A DNA stretch of 17,243 nt from Escherichia coli (lineage in GTDB: Bacteria; Pseudomonadota; Gammaproteobacteria; Enterobacterales; Enterobacteriaceae): the NCBI GenBank assembly GCA_025544715.1, contig GCA_025544715.1_4109.6. One strand, given 5' to 3'. Of the stretch, positions 17,189 through 17,243 are shown one piece after another; position 1 is the stretch's first letter, and the number at the start of each line of letters is the position of its first letter. The notes below the pieces were generated by a model that did no database searches, was not told the DNA's origin, and saw nothing but the letters and a program-made list of their open reading frames with translations. Made by a program: the position numbers and the translations under genes.

Positions 17189-17243
17189 ATGAAACTGTAT
17201 CATGCGAGTACTGTAAAAATTGATAACTTTTATATCCCGTATG
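17189..17243 (+). CDS. 5' end of a downstream ORF (partial; function unknown)
   Basis: ATG at 17189, 9 nt after the upstream stop; open to the window end (MKLYHASTVKIDNFYIPY...). Confidence 0.4.
   Translation, partial: MKLYHASTVKIDNFYIPY

Noticed and set aside
1-17243. Mobile element, integrase, transposase, tRNA or rRNA content
   Set aside because: No ORF is long enough or has recognisable motifs for transposase or integrase; no inverted terminal repeats, tRNA cloverleaf-like segments or rRNA-like regions were seen by eye. Absence by eye is not proof; tRNA and profile scanning would confirm.
1-17243. Eukaryotic or giant-virus origin of the paralog array
   Set aside because: Shine-Dalgarno-like sequences before most starts, ATGA-type coupling, sigma70-type -35/-10 promoters and hairpin plus T-tract terminators all indicate a bacterial or phage expression context.

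Overview
Visibly AT-rich window that is coding almost end to end on the + strand only: about 37 small ORFs (roughly 60-200 aa) packed head to tail, most joined by ATGA/TAATG/TGATG stop-start overlaps or short spacers carrying GGAGG-like ribosome-binding sites. At least 29 of these ORFs are paralogs. They share a C-terminal core motif, approximately [ED]-E-x-[YFL]-F-Q-x-S-[TL]-[VIL]-[YFH]-[DN], followed by a hydrophobic stretch, and many also share an N-terminal helix (MSLxxALExAKxIH or MSYESxxKxA...VKFF). I do not recognise the family, so every product is called hypothetical and no gene symbols are given. The array is cut into transcription units by two near-consensus sigma70-type promoters with extended -10 elements (8251-8280 and 12126-12154) and two intrinsic terminators (12093-12120 and 15400-15425). 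The architecture resembles an early or host-takeover region of a lytic phage or prophage of a low-GC host, but that assignment is inference. Main leads: (1) the large, diversifying tandem paralog array, with DNA-level near-identical segments between neighbours, which suggests ongoing duplication and recombination; (2) a strong apparent excess of the palindrome AGTACT / CAGTACTG, found in all three codon phases; (3) an in-frame 21-bp tandem duplication inside one paralog. No tRNA, rRNA, CRISPR array, transposase or integrase was recognised. All counts are manual tallies and need computational confirmation.
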